In this document: in pieces, positions 13,915 to 26,141 of the stretch | Position numbering within the stretch: the stretch's first letter is position 1 | Layout: every line of letters begins with the position of its first letter | Assembly: GCA_021613535.1 (NCBI GenBank) | Contig: CP075492.1 | Location: 19,344,001 to 19,408,000, forward strand | From: Adineta vaga | Taxonomy: Eukaryota; Animalia; Rotifera | Direction: 5' to 3' | Length of the DNA: 64,000 nt | Notes under the pieces: model-generated | What the model was told of the DNA's origin: nothing | What the model saw: the letters and a program-made list of their open reading frames with translations, nothing else | The model's database searches: none | Made by a program: the position numbers and the translations under genes

Positions 13915-14925
13915 ACAAGTAACGCTCGTCGTGCCGACTCACGTAACCCTCGACTGTGGATGACAAGCATTTTTAGCTTGTTCGAATAGCGATACTGATT
14001 CATCCAGCAGCTTATTTTACGAGAAAACGGCTCACATTTTTTTGCTTTAATACATGTTAACTTTTGATAACAAACTATCAAATTTTTTGCAAAAACCTAT
14101 TTCACCCACCACAACACCCCCGCTCATGGTCTCACACCCAACCCATGATTTCAGCCACCATTCAGCTCTATCCCCCACTCATGATTTCACCCACCACCCA
14201 GCTCAACACCCCCACTCATGGTTTCACCCAACGCCCCCACCCACAGTTTCACCCAACACCCATCTGTATATCCCCACCCATGATTTGAGGCGTCCTATCG
14301 CTAATTTTTTTTCGTTAACCCTTGACCTTTGATCTTGACACAAACCCACAAACAAACAAACAAATGATTTTTTTTCATATGACCCTCCTTACAGTCGTGG
14401 GAATAAAAGCACTTGGGTGAAATTTCACCCAGGTTCCTCAAATAACCCCTATGTATAGTTTCAACTCATGTTTCCAACATGTTCTCGACGCTATATTGTG
14501 TCTAGGAAACCACCATTTGAAGTTTGAAGATTCTACCTACCATAAAACCATCTGGGTGAAATTTCACCCAGATCACTTATATCGCCCACATTCACTCTTA
14601 GGACTTGAGGACACAAGGGTAATGCACATAAAGCCCAACAGACTGATATATCCTGTGAAAATGAAGAAAGAAAAACTTTGGCAAAAAATCCCTGTACTCC
14701 TCCTCAGGGATGGTCTGGCCAGTTTTCAGTATTTTTACGAGAACTCAAGTAATTCTTGACCGATCGGTCTGATCTTCGAACTCGACTGAGATATTAATGA
14801 GGCTAAACTATGTGGAAAATTTCAGCTCAATCGGACTCTCCTTTCGGATATTATCGGATTAACGGCCGGCCGGACGGACATACTGACCGATTTTAGTAGT
14901 GTACTCACTTTTTGAGTACACAAAA
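13915..14925 (+). mobile_element. HINE/DINE-1-like (Helentron-associated) composite element with central C-rich minisatellite
   Basis: The 5' block ACAAGTAACGCTCGTCG.GCCGACTCAC.TAACCCTCGACTGTGGA is shared with 39763. Also present: a central tandem ATTTCACCCACC...CCCCACTCATG, a GACG microsatellite, and the terminal stem-loop GTGTACTCA-CTTTT-TGAGTACAC (14899-14921), shared with 34236-34258. Confidence 0.6.
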
Positions 14926-15892
14926 AAAGGATCTTCCCACCGACACACGGGAAGATCCTTTCTTGGTTTAGAAGAGAAAAAGTTTCGTACTAACCCATAG
15001 CTACGAAACCGTCCCTGCATTGATCTTCCTTGTGGTTTAGTGAAACGCTCGTTTTTAATGATCATATTACAGATTCCCTATTCAGCCACACCCACCCACA
15101 CCCTCACCCTCAAAACTAAAAAATTCACAAAGAATTTTTGATAAAATATCGAAAGGATAGTCGATGTAACTTATTCAATGATCACAAATCAATAATGCAA
15201 TTTAGGAATAATTCTCTTGTGAAGTGGAAATATGAATTCAAATGTATATGAACAACGATGTATGCATTAACTATTACATGCTGATATATATTTTCTTTTG
15301 AGAAAGAACGATAAAATTACTAATAATGATTTCTGATTTTTTCCTCTTTGGATGCTTTCGACATATAATGATTCATAACATAACATCGTCCAAATATTTG
15401 TTATTAAAATCATAACATTCTTACTCGTTGTGTGGGTATAATGTTGGTTCTTTCCATAAAAACATTATGTTACCTCATAAGATCACTCATTTACAACAAT
15501 TAGGAGTAATAGAAATTTTGCCTATGAGTCATAGTTTCTATGGAAAAATCATATAATTCAATATATATATGTGGAATTTGATGATATTTTGTGATGAGTG
15601 ACATTTCCATTTATGATATTTTTGTTTCGAAAGAAATCACTGTGTAAATGTTATTTTTATGTCATTATCAAAACATTTTTATCTTGACATGAATAACAAA
15701 TTTCAGTGCATCCACCTCTGACGTAACTACCTTGGTTTTTCCCAATAACATTCATATATAAAGAGAATGCGACCATTTATATTGTTGTGAACAATCCGTT
15801 TTGGCATTGAAGAGAAGAACACAATTTTAAATCTGATCCCAATTATTTTAAACAAGTTTTTGCTTTTTAGATTATTTTCTTTTGCAATACAA

Positions 15893-16357
15893 ATGTCTTT
15901 TACAAAACGTCTTATTATTCATTATAATGAATTACAGAAAAATCCCGCTCCACTATGTTACGCAGAACCAGAAGATCCAATAAAAAATATGCTCCATTGG
16001 ATCGGTTGGATAGAAGGACCAGATGATACTCCATATTCAGGAGGAAAATTTCATTTAATCATTGATTTTTCATTTGAATTTCCTTTTAAACCACCAACTG
16101 TACGATTCATTACACAGATATTTCATCCAAATATTAGTTCAAATGGAGAAATTTGTTTAGATATTTTACATAGTCAATGGTCACCAGCATTGACTATACG
16201 AGGTCTTCTAATCTCATTATGTTCATTACTAGCAGATCCAAATCCAGAACATGGTCTAAATAAAGAAGCTCTAAAACTCTATCGAACAGATCGACAAATG
16301 TTTGATCAAATAGCAAATGAATGGACAAAGAAATATGCAACAGAAAATAAAGATTAA
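15893..16357 (+). CDS. Ubiquitin-conjugating enzyme E2 (UBE2D/Ubc4-like), intronless
   Basis: GPDDTPYSGGKF, FPFKPPTVRFITQIFHPNI, catalytic Cys in GEICLDIL, WSPALTI. A TATA-like TATATAAAG lies at ~15756. Confidence 0.95.
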   Translation: MSFTKRLIIHYNELQKNPAPLCYAEPEDPIKNMLHWIGWIEGPDDTPYSGGKFHLIIDFSFEFPFKPPTVRFITQIFHPNISSNGEICLDILHSQWSPALTIRGLLISLCSLLADPNPEHGLNKEALKLYRTDRQMFDQIANEWTKKYATENKD

Positions 16358-16619
16358 AAAAAAGAATTCTCTTTTCAGATATCTTCAAAGTCTTTACTGT
16401 AATAGTATTTTTTTTAACAATAAAAGTATTTTTTTCACTGAAGAATCGTGTATACTGATTCTAATTCTAATAAAGAATCGATCATTATTACATCAAACAT
16501 TGTGCTGCTTTTTGATCTTAATTAATCAAAAAACAAAAGAATAAGAGAAAAATATACGCAGAGTGAACTGATTCTAAGACATATACTCACATCTTCAGAA
16601 ACAAGATCATCATTTAATT

Positions 16620-16680
16620 AGGGTGGGTATGGATGTGGGTGTTAGTGTAAATGAAAGACACCCGTACCCACACCCTCAAG
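16620..16680. repeat. Telomere-motif hairpin element between convergent E2 and EF-hand genes
   Basis: AGGGTGGGTATGGATGTGGGTG-spacer-CACCCGTACCCACACCCTCAAG. Confidence 0.8.
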
Positions 16681-16838
16681 TTAGAGTGAAGATATATATG
16701 AACAACTCACAACGAACTATATAATTTGAACTCTTATTAAACATTTCAACAATATTAGATTTATTCGTCAAACTAGTTTGATTATCTAACTAAAAAAGAT
16801 CATATAGCAATGTCTATTGATTAGCTATGAGAAGTTGA

Positions 16839-17589
16839 TTAAAAAGCGTCACCACCACCACCACCACCGAATGTTTGAGTTAATTTATATACTATCGAAC
16901 ATAATCCCATTAAATCAACAAAATCAAGACGACCATTTTGATTTTTATCGACTAATAGAAATAATCCTTTTGCCAAATCTAAAGAGAATTCAATTGTTCT
17001 TTACATATAAATGCATTTGTATTCTTACACGGTGATACAAAACCAAGACCCATTTCTTGAAAATAGGTTTGAACATCTTCAATTGTGATTGTTCCATCTC
17101 CATTTCTATCAAATTTTTTGTATAATTCATACATCTTCTGAGCATCACTAAGTGTTGAAGCTGAATAGTCAATTATCAATAGAGCCTTTCGTGTTTTTCA
17201 AAATTCTTTTAACTCACCAATGTCGCCAAAAAAACCATTATCACCATTAGTCTGTTCATCTTGTAGAAGACCTGAAAACTGCTTATAGGTTTTGTATGCT
17301 GCTTGAATCATAGAGAGTGAATCATCTTCATCTTTGGATCCAGAAAACTAAATGAAACACGATTAGATTCGAAAAGATGCAACTTGTTTCAATCTACCAG
17401 GCCAAAAACGGATTCACCCACGGACATTAACTGTGAAGATTGACGAATCCGTTCTGCTTCTTGTCTTGTTTGATTTCGAAAGCCATTAATGAAATCATCC
17501 GCATTATTAATCCCTACCGCTTCTAGCATACTGAACAATGTTCCATTCTCTAACTGTTCACGACCGAAATTCAACAGATCCGTTAACAT
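16839..17589 (-). CDS. EF-hand calcium-binding protein, 4 exons
   Basis: Canonical loops DRNGDGTITIED and DKNQNGRLDFVD. Three ~50-bp GT-AG introns join an open frame ending FGGGGGDAF*. Confidence 0.85.
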
Positions 17590-18063
17590 GTCTGATTCAA
17601 TCTAAAGAAATTCAATATGTATACAAAAAAAGAAGAAAAAAACTCATCGAAATCGGCAAGTGAAGAAAGAATCGATGATTTTTGACGCGTTGAAAACGTG
17701 TTCGCGTTTAAAAAAACATACACTCCTCCATCAACTCTTGAATTTTTTTTCGGACAAAATACCGAATTACACTTTCTCATTCTCAAGGTGTAACGTTTAT
17801 GTGTGTTTCTTAGTCGTTAATCCGTAGGCTTCTGTTTGCAAGCTGTGATAATTGTGATTTTAACTCAAAAACGAAGATCATCTGATGGCTTTGTCAAGTC
17901 AAACAATATTCAAAAAGGAATTAAAATCAGGGTGTGAGGATGTTGTTCTACCGCTTTAGACCCTCACCCTCAATTTCAAAATTTTTATAATGAGAATATT
18001 TCTAAGTTACATTTGTTTGCAAGCGAAAATCAGAAAAACTAATGACTAGTTTGCTACGAATCA

Positions 18064-19066
18064 TCAATATAATTCTGCACTATCTAAGACTGTACCATTC
18101 GCGTACGCTCCACCAGTTAATAAAATTCTTCCATCAATTAATAAAGAAGTTGCAAAACTATCCCGTCTGTCTATCATATTTCCAATATGTGTGCATAATC
18201 CTGTTAATATATCATACAATCCAACATTATCTGCACCTTTCTTGATCAATACTTGTTCATTAGTTAGTACAGATATTACATCCCAATATTGACCATAACA
18301 TATGTTTCCAACAGATGTCCATATATCTCTGGATGGATCATACAGTTCCATTTGAGAGGACACATGCAAAATGATCAAATCGCTCATAAGTCATATTACT
18401 CACAGGTGTCCACAGTTCTGTCAATGGATTATATATCTCCGCAGTATTTAGATAAACATTATTAACGTCTCCGCCAGTTACTAATACTCTTCCATCGTTC
18501 AAGACAGATGATGTATGCAACATTCGTGCAATGTTCATGTTAACAATACTAAATGGTCCTGAAAATAGTGACACAATTCTACTTCTTCATAGTGTTTTAG
18601 AATACAAGAAAAAAAAAGTAAATGTGTCGCTTTTCTTCCCCTTATTATTTTACAGTCTAAACAGAGGACTAGCCTATTTACCGCTTCGACATAAATTTGT
18701 TGCCATCGATGGCAAACACACTGCTTGTGATGAACAACAAGAATTTATAATGCATAATGATTCACTTGATGTACAGAGGCATATGTGATATTATCACACG
18801 GTTCTAGAATTGAACATTGAATGGCTGGAGCACAATAACTAATATCGTCCGATGAACGATAATTAAAACAGGGAGTGGGTGACATATAACAAGTGACATT
18901 ATTCATTAAACTTCTGTTACATTGTTATGGACAGTGCTGTAGTTTGATCTAAAGATCGATTGTTTTGAAAAGAAGAATGCCGAGAAAAATAAATCTGTTT
19001 ACCTTTTACAGATGAAAAACAGACAATTAACAATATGATCATAGTAAATCGAGTTACTTTCAACAT
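18064..19066 (-). pseudogene. Secreted Cys-rich plus Kelch-repeat protein, disrupted
   Basis: Signal exon MLKVTRFTMIILLIVCFSSVK. The Cys-rich exon (CAPAIQCSILEPC...CIINSCCSSQAVCLP) has a stop and frameshifts. Kelch repeats (RMLHTSSVLNDGRVLVTGG...AEIYNP...W) carry a frameshift near 18350. Confidence 0.8.
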
Positions 19067-20230
19067 AACCTATAGACAAAGTTATTTAGAATAAACACGT
19101 TCGTTATATGTTAATATGATGAAAATCAAAAAACAATATTTCTACGAATGAAATAAAATCTTCCGTTATAATTTTTATTTTGCGCATTTTCTCTCAATAA
19201 ACTAATGTCTTCATGTGATTTTTACTGAGGTAAAAACAATTGCTGTAACAAATATTTTTCGTTCCTTAATGGCACAAAACTGCAGTTTGTGATTTTTTGT
19301 TGGAATTCATCAAAATTATTCCAATGGTTTGTTTGTTTTCGTAGATTGTATTTGAATAGAGAGGAAGAAATGATTTTTCAACAAAAGAATTTTACATCAG
19401 TAACACTTTGTATTCAAACCGTAGAAAACAAATCTTATCGAAGTGTTTGTGTATAATATTAATCTTTTTCTTTACAATACAATAATTAATTAAAATATGA
19501 ATAATAAGATAAAAAAAAAAGATTTCAAAGATAATAAATACGATGACTATAGATATGATTAATATTTACAATTGTGATATCGTTAATAATGATATGATAT
19601 TTTCAGATAAACTATAGGACAATCAATCATTCGAAAATAAGATTATTTTAAGTATTGATGATAACATTGATTAAATTAATTTTATATTATTTTTGGTAAA
19701 GTTATGGAATAAAGATGAAGAAATTGTAAAAGTGAATATTTTGAAATAAATAAATGAAAAATATCAATGATATTCAGATATTTAAAACATTTAAATAAGA
19801 TTTCATTTGGTAAAATTTCGAATTTTGTTTTATAAAAAAAAGTTTATCATCATAAGAAAACAATATATTATTCTATTTTATCTTTAATCAATCTCCTATG
19901 TATTATCAGACTTATAATTATACTACATACAAATCTTTTTTCTATATAGTATTTAAAATAAATATTCAATTCTAAGATCAATAAACAACGTTACTCTGTA
20001 TTATAACTTTATCATTGTAAAAACCTATTTCTGATTGTTTAGATTATAAAGAATCAAAACTGTTATATTATAAATTGATTTTAGTATGTTTTATGAAAAA
20101 CAATTTTTATAAAATATTAATTTGTGTATTTTTGTTATAGTAAAGAAAGAATAGTTTTATTGAGAGAGAGATTTGTGAATGATCTTTTATTTAATTTATT
20201 AATAAAAAGAAAAGAAAAATCTTTCTTTTT

Positions 20231-20980
20231 TTAAATTTGTCCAGAACCACCATCAACAAAAAGTTCAATACCAGTAATATATGAACTATCATCTGATGCT
20301 AAAAATAGAACAGCTTTAGCAATTTCAATTGGTTGACCTGCTCGACCCATAACAGTGCCTGCTGCCAGTTTGTCGATGATGCCTTGTGAAATTTGTTTTG
20401 TATTAGTTATTTTATCAAAAAAAGGTGTTTCAATAGGACCTGGACTAACAGCATTAACACGAATTTTTCGATCTTTTAAATCTACACACCAACAACGTGC
20501 AAAAGAACGAACTGCTGCTTTACTTGAATAATAGATACTTCCTGCTGCTGATCCTTTAATTGAAACAACTGATGCATTAAGTATAATAGATGAACCATCT
20601 TTTAAAATAGGTAAAGCTTTTTGAACAGTAAAAAGAACACCTTTAACATTAATATTAAATATATCATCATAAAATTTTTCTGTTATTGAATCTAAACCCA
20701 TTGTTCCACCAATACCAGCATTAGCAAAGAGTATATCTAAATGACCTTTTTCTTCTTTAATTATTTTATAAACATTGTCAAGATCATCGAATTTCGATGA
20801 ATCAGCTTGAATTCCCGAAATATTTTGACCAATTTGTTTTACTGCTGAATCAAGTTTTTCTTTTTGACGACCAGTTATAAATACATAAGCACCTTCTGCA
20901 ACAAATTCTTGAGCAGTTGCTAAACCAATCCCTTCTGATCCACCAGTAATTAAAGCAATTTTTCCATCGAGTTTACCCAT
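20231..20980 (-). CDS. Classical short-chain dehydrogenase/reductase, bacterial-type (YkvO/FabG-like), intronless
   Basis: TGGSEGIG Rossmann motif, NAG, catalytic YxxxK (YYSSK), VNAVSPG and C-terminal ITGIELFVDGG; 249 aa. Confidence 0.95.
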   Translation of the reverse strand: MGKLDGKIALITGGSEGIGLATAQEFVAEGAYVFITGRQKEKLDSAVKQIGQNISGIQADSSKFDDLDNVYKIIKEEKGHLDILFANAGIGGTMGLDSITEKFYDDIFNINVKGVLFTVQKALPILKDGSSIILNASVVSIKGSAAGSIYYSSKAAVRSFARCWCVDLKDRKIRVNAVSPGPIETPFFDKITNTKQISQGIIDKLAAGTVMGRAGQPIEIAKAVLFLASDDSSYITGIELFVDGGSGQI

Positions 20981-21299
20981 ATTGAATTTCTATGTATATA
21001 TCAACGAATTCAAAACTGTTTATATAGTCATATACATTATTTTTGCTTGGTCATGATGATTATTATCTTTCAATCCACGTGTGAAAGGAAAGAAAGAAAA
21101 ATATCTCTATGAAAATATATTCTTCATGATCAGTCAATCGTATAATGTAAATGAAAAAGAAAATGATTGATTCAGATTCTTTCTAATTTTTATGACTTTC
21201 AGAACATTTTATATGATAAATTATTTAAGTTCATTTCATTTTTGTTTGTCCGTTTTTATTAGAAATTGTTCAACAATATTGACCAATAGTTATTTTCAT

Positions 21300-21752
21300 A
21301 AGAATATGATATTGGTTTATTAAGTCGTGCCCATTCTTTTTCGATTTCACGATATTTTATTGGTGGAATAAGATCATTCTCTCGCCATAAATCTGGTGAT
21401 ACTTCTTCAACATGTACCTTAAGAATAAAACAAAATCAATTTTATATTTCTTATTTCCCAATCATAACCTTTATCTTTAATAAATGATGCTATGACATTT
21501 TCATATTTTGCTGAGAATTATTTTTTTCTTTTATCATTCGGAAATTGTTTGGCAAGATGTTGAACAATTATTCGAATAAATTTATCTGTTGATTTACCAC
21601 CAACAAAAAATAAATCACTTTCCACAGGTATAAAAAGAACGATAACATAAAATGCTATGATCTGTATATAAAGTTGTTACACGTTCTGAAAGTGTTGCTT
21701 TGTCCAATGAAGAAAAAGCACATGGTGAATGAAAAATTCAATGTAATTCTAT
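21300..21752 (-). pseudogene. Putative oxalocrotonate tautomerase-family (Tautomerase_3-like) pseudogene
   Basis: Manual translation: LH*IFHSPCAFSSLDKATLSERVTTLY / AFYVIVLFIPVESDLFFVGGKSTDKFIRIIVQHLAK...DKGYDWE / VHVEEVSPDLWRENDLIPP...EKEWARLNKPISY. It has two stops, one frameshift and an intron whose donor reads AT. Confidence 0.75.
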
Positions 21753-22090
21753 ATCATTTGATTCTTTCTTTCTTTCTTTCTATATGTGCTCCGTCATTGT
21801 GATAATGTATATATTTAATCGAAACAAAAGAAAAACGTTTTGTCATTATCTTTTTTGATAAATAAATCAAATTTGAATTTTCGATGTTTTATATCATTTG
21901 ACAATTTATTTCTGTAATTTATCTTTAAAAACAATAATAAATATAGATATATGAACAGAAGATTTTAATAGAGAATAATGAAAGTCAATCAAAAGAATTC
22001 ATTTTTGATGCGATTAAATATGAAAAATTATTATATGAAGAAATATTACCTTGTCTTTTATGTGAATATTCAAATTTTTTGGATTGTATT

Positions 22091-22136
22091 TCTTGAGGGT
22101 GTGAGTGTTATTTCAATTTAATCCACTCACATCCTC
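22091..22136. repeat. Telomere-motif hairpin element
   Basis: TCTTGAGGGTGTGAGTG-spacer-CACTCACATCCTC. Confidence 0.8.
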
Positions 22137-24035
22137 TAAATGTGTGGATATTGTGAGTATAAGTGTAAAGTTTTGCAATTATATTTTAAGAATCTTCATT
22201 GTTATAATTAATATAGTTATTCAATCAGACTAATATAGTCACATTTTGAATATCAATACATCGATGTTCATGTGTTCTTTGGGAATTGCAAATATTTCTT
22301 TATAATTCTTCTACTTGTGCTGAAAAAGAATTTATATCAACGGACATTTTTGTTGATTGAAAAGAAAAAATATAAGAAGAACATCCGCACTATTCGTATT
22401 ATTTCAATGAATCAATAAAAAAAAGAAAGAAAGTTACCATCAAATATTATACAAAAAACTAACAATGAAATGATTATGTTCTATTGTAGTTTGAAAGAAC
22501 AAAACATATTGTGAAGTTATGTTCTCAGAATAAAGATGTAGCGGGTATAAGGTACACTTACGACTAGGATAGAGATGATAGTTATGTCCGCGAAGTTAAT
22601 ATCTGTTTGTGAACTATATCAATAATTTTCTATAACTACGCGAAAAGATATTTTTTTTGATTGATAGATCTGAAATTACTAATCTCTGATATACATAATG
22701 AGACATCTACCAAGCACAGATATAGAATTTTCAAGTGAGTTCTATAATGATAATGATACAAGGGGAGAAAAGCGAGAATTCCCTACTTCCACGATACTTC
22801 GATTAACGGAAGTCTCGCCTTTTCTCCCTTGAGTGAATCGTAAGTTTTCTGTACAATTGAGGAAAAAAAATGAAAGTACTCCGAGAGAAAATTTGATTCG
22901 TACATTTTGTTCCTTATCATTCACTGACTCTGTAGTAAAAATTTCCGCGCTACCCGACTCGTCCTTGCGGAGATATTCGAGCATCAAGTTCGGGTTTTTC
23001 AACAAAAATTATTTCAAAAGAAAATGCGCCGCATATGCGTTGAAAGCCCATATATGTTTTCTATAAACAATGTTTTTTCTTGTTGTAGATTTCATCTAGA
23101 GAACTTATACCGCTCCGGCACAAAGCTACGGCTCTTGAAAATTTAAAAAGAAGCCTTAAATTTTGATATAGTGACAAAAAGCGTATTAATTAAGACTTTA
23201 GTCCTAAGGTCTGATGATCTGCCAGAAATAGCTTCCGAATAGCCCAAAAAGAAATAAATGCGACCCAGCACGTGCTCATGAGTCGAAAGGTCTATGATAG
23301 TAATGCTTTCCATGGAAATCAGCTTAAAAATATATAAGAAAAAAACTGGGTCTACATTCTGAGGTATATCGTAAAACGCTCCCTAAAACTAAGCGAAACA
23401 GAGAACTAATTGATGATATTCTTGTTCAGTTTTTCAAGCTGCATTTTTCTATGGCAGTCAGACTAATTTTCTACCAGTAGTTGAGGAATAAAAGAAAAAA
23501 TAAAACTGAAAAACTGGGTCTACAGTTAGTATGTAATTAAAGCTTTTTGATCTTCTGACCTAATTATAAAAAGTTTATCACAACTATTTTTAGATAGTTT
23601 TCTGGTATTTTTTACGCTCTAGCTTTTACTGATTTTGACTTTTTTTAAAGAAATGCTCCTTGTTCCCTCTAGGATCATTTTAAACTGGGTCTACACGTTG
23701 TCTGTAAATCTGTTTTCGTCAAATAGACTAGAAAAAATAAAAACAAAACTAAAAGTGAGTTACATGGATGGATAGAGAATTAAATTCTGCATAAAACGTG
23801 CTATTCGTCTTTTCTATTCTTCTCCTTTCGTTACTTCAAAATTTTCGTTTTCTATCGACGACTCATCGAAAAGAATGATTTTTCGGACTTGTCTCCGCTA
23901 TATCTCAGCCGGACAATGAGATATGGAGCTGAAAATTTCTGTGGTAGTGGGAAATACAGTAAGGAACGTGAGGAGAAAAAAAGATCTGAGATCGCACTAC
24001 AGGAACTAAAATTATAGGCGAAAAGGTTGAACAAT

Positions 24036-24578
24036 TGTAAGGCGCGGGTAATGCAAAATTACAGCAGCTCTTCTTTTTCTTTTAAATTATTTTTTTACGC
24101 TGATCACGAAAATCACCTTATTTTTTTCTTTGACAAAGTCTTCATGTTGAAAAACCAAAAATACTGAAGACTTCTCAGAACTTCAGAAAAATCCTAGTTT
24201 TTAGAAATCATGTTTTTTTCCCTCACCAATTTACTTTTCGATCTTATCAATGTGATTTTCGAATTCCTCATGCAAAACTGAGTCTAAATATGTTCTTTAA
24301 AGAACATATTTAGACTCAGTTTTGCATGAGGAATTCGAAAATCACATTGATAAGATCGAAAAGTAAATTGGTGAGGGAAAAAAACATGATTTTCTAAAAA
24401 CTAGGATTTTTCTGAAGTTCTGAGAAGTCTTCAGTATTTTTGGTTTTTCAACATGAAGACTTTGTCAAATCGAAAAAATAAGGTGATTTTCGTGATCAGC
24501 GTAAAAAACTGAATGTAGACATCTATATTTAAAAGAAAAAGAAGAGCTGCTGTAATTTTGCATTACCCGCGCCTTACA
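24036..24578. mobile_element. Fold-back element: near-perfect spacerless palindrome with ~270-bp arms
   Basis: TGTAAGGCGCGGGTAATGCAAAATTACAGCAGCTC... mirrors ...GAGCTGCTGTAATTTTGCATTACCCGCGCCTTACA. The centre TGTTCTTT|AAAGAACA is at 24298/24299. Confidence 0.9.
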
Positions 24579-26141
24579 TAATATTCAATTTATTATATTT
24601 AAAAGTATTTCTATAATTGAAATAAAATATGAAGAATTTATTTTATTTTTATATCATAATTTTATAAATATTAAACAAATTTTTAAAATTCAATTAAGAT
24701 AATGTCTTTGTATTTTGTTGTTATACAAATGGATATTCATAATGTATATCAAAACTTGTTAAAATTATCTATTATAACAATATTATTTATTGTATTAATA
24801 TTGATTGTGAAATATATTATTCAAAATGATATTCTTTATGTGATACATTAGATCAATATTATATTAATGTAGTTAGATGTGATACAAATTCATTTTTATT
24901 TTAATTACAATTATATTTTTTAAGTTTTAAAATGATTTTTAAAAAAAAAAAAATAATTCTCTTGTTTTCTATTCTCTAATTTTGATGAAAACAATTGAAA
25001 AGGGCAAATATTATCTAGTTTTATTATTTTATATAGAAAAGTAGAAAAGATAATGTAATACTTAGAAAAGCAATCTAGAGAAACCGTTTTTTTATTGAAC
25101 AAAAACATTGCGAGTGGTACATTATATCTATCTCTAATGTCTTGTGTCTCAAATTTGAAAATTGTATTTGACTGACTTTCTATTTATCGATACTGTTTTA
25201 TGAAATAACTATTGTGAGTAAAAAAGTAAAACCAATCCTTTTTTTTTATCCATTCCAAATGGATACAAATAAGATTTTCTCCTTAATTATGAAAGATAAG
25301 TTTTTGTGAGATTGTGAACCTTCTTTTTAAATCGTCCATCATCATATTCTCATATATTATTATAAAGAGCATTGTTTATATTACAATAATCATCATTAAA
25401 CGTATTTTCGTATTATCTTCTGATTAAAACAAAATTATAAAAAGTAAAAGTCAATATTATTATCTGACATTAAAGTTGCAAGAGCATTTTTTTAAAGACG
25501 TTTCCTTTTTAGTTTTTCTTGTTCAATATACAAAACTTAAAACTTAATATGACTCTTGTCGACAAAAAAAAAGATTAACTATACTTTGGAAGAGATTAAG
25601 ATGATACACAAGTATAAGCAAACAGGGATGGACCACCAGAGAACAATTGGTGACAGTTACAACACTGTGGAAATAATTTCGTTTATATTATAATATGAGT
25701 CTACTTATAATAGTTGTATAACTTTGTTTTCATTAAGTTAAAATATTTTTTATCATAGAAATTTATTAAAATTTGTTTCCATACGAATATTCGGAATGCT
25801 ATCGTCTATCACTGTAAGCGAACGTATGTTATTCGTTCGTTATATTGAGGGTGAGGTATAGGTATATCTTCTTCACTCAAATCTACACTCACCACACTCA
25901 CACCCATCTATCATTATATTCTCGCTCTTACCTACAAGACTGTCTGTCTATTCGAATTGTTGTTTTATTAACGATCAAACTATAATTATCGAAGGTATAT
26001 TTTTTCTTTTACTTTTTTGATACATCAATATTATACCAGAAAATCTTTTGATCAAATTTTGTCGAAAAGAAGTGAATGTATGATGATTCATTAACGCGAA
26101 ATTGTTTTCACACATATAAAGCAAAATAAAAACAGAAGTTT

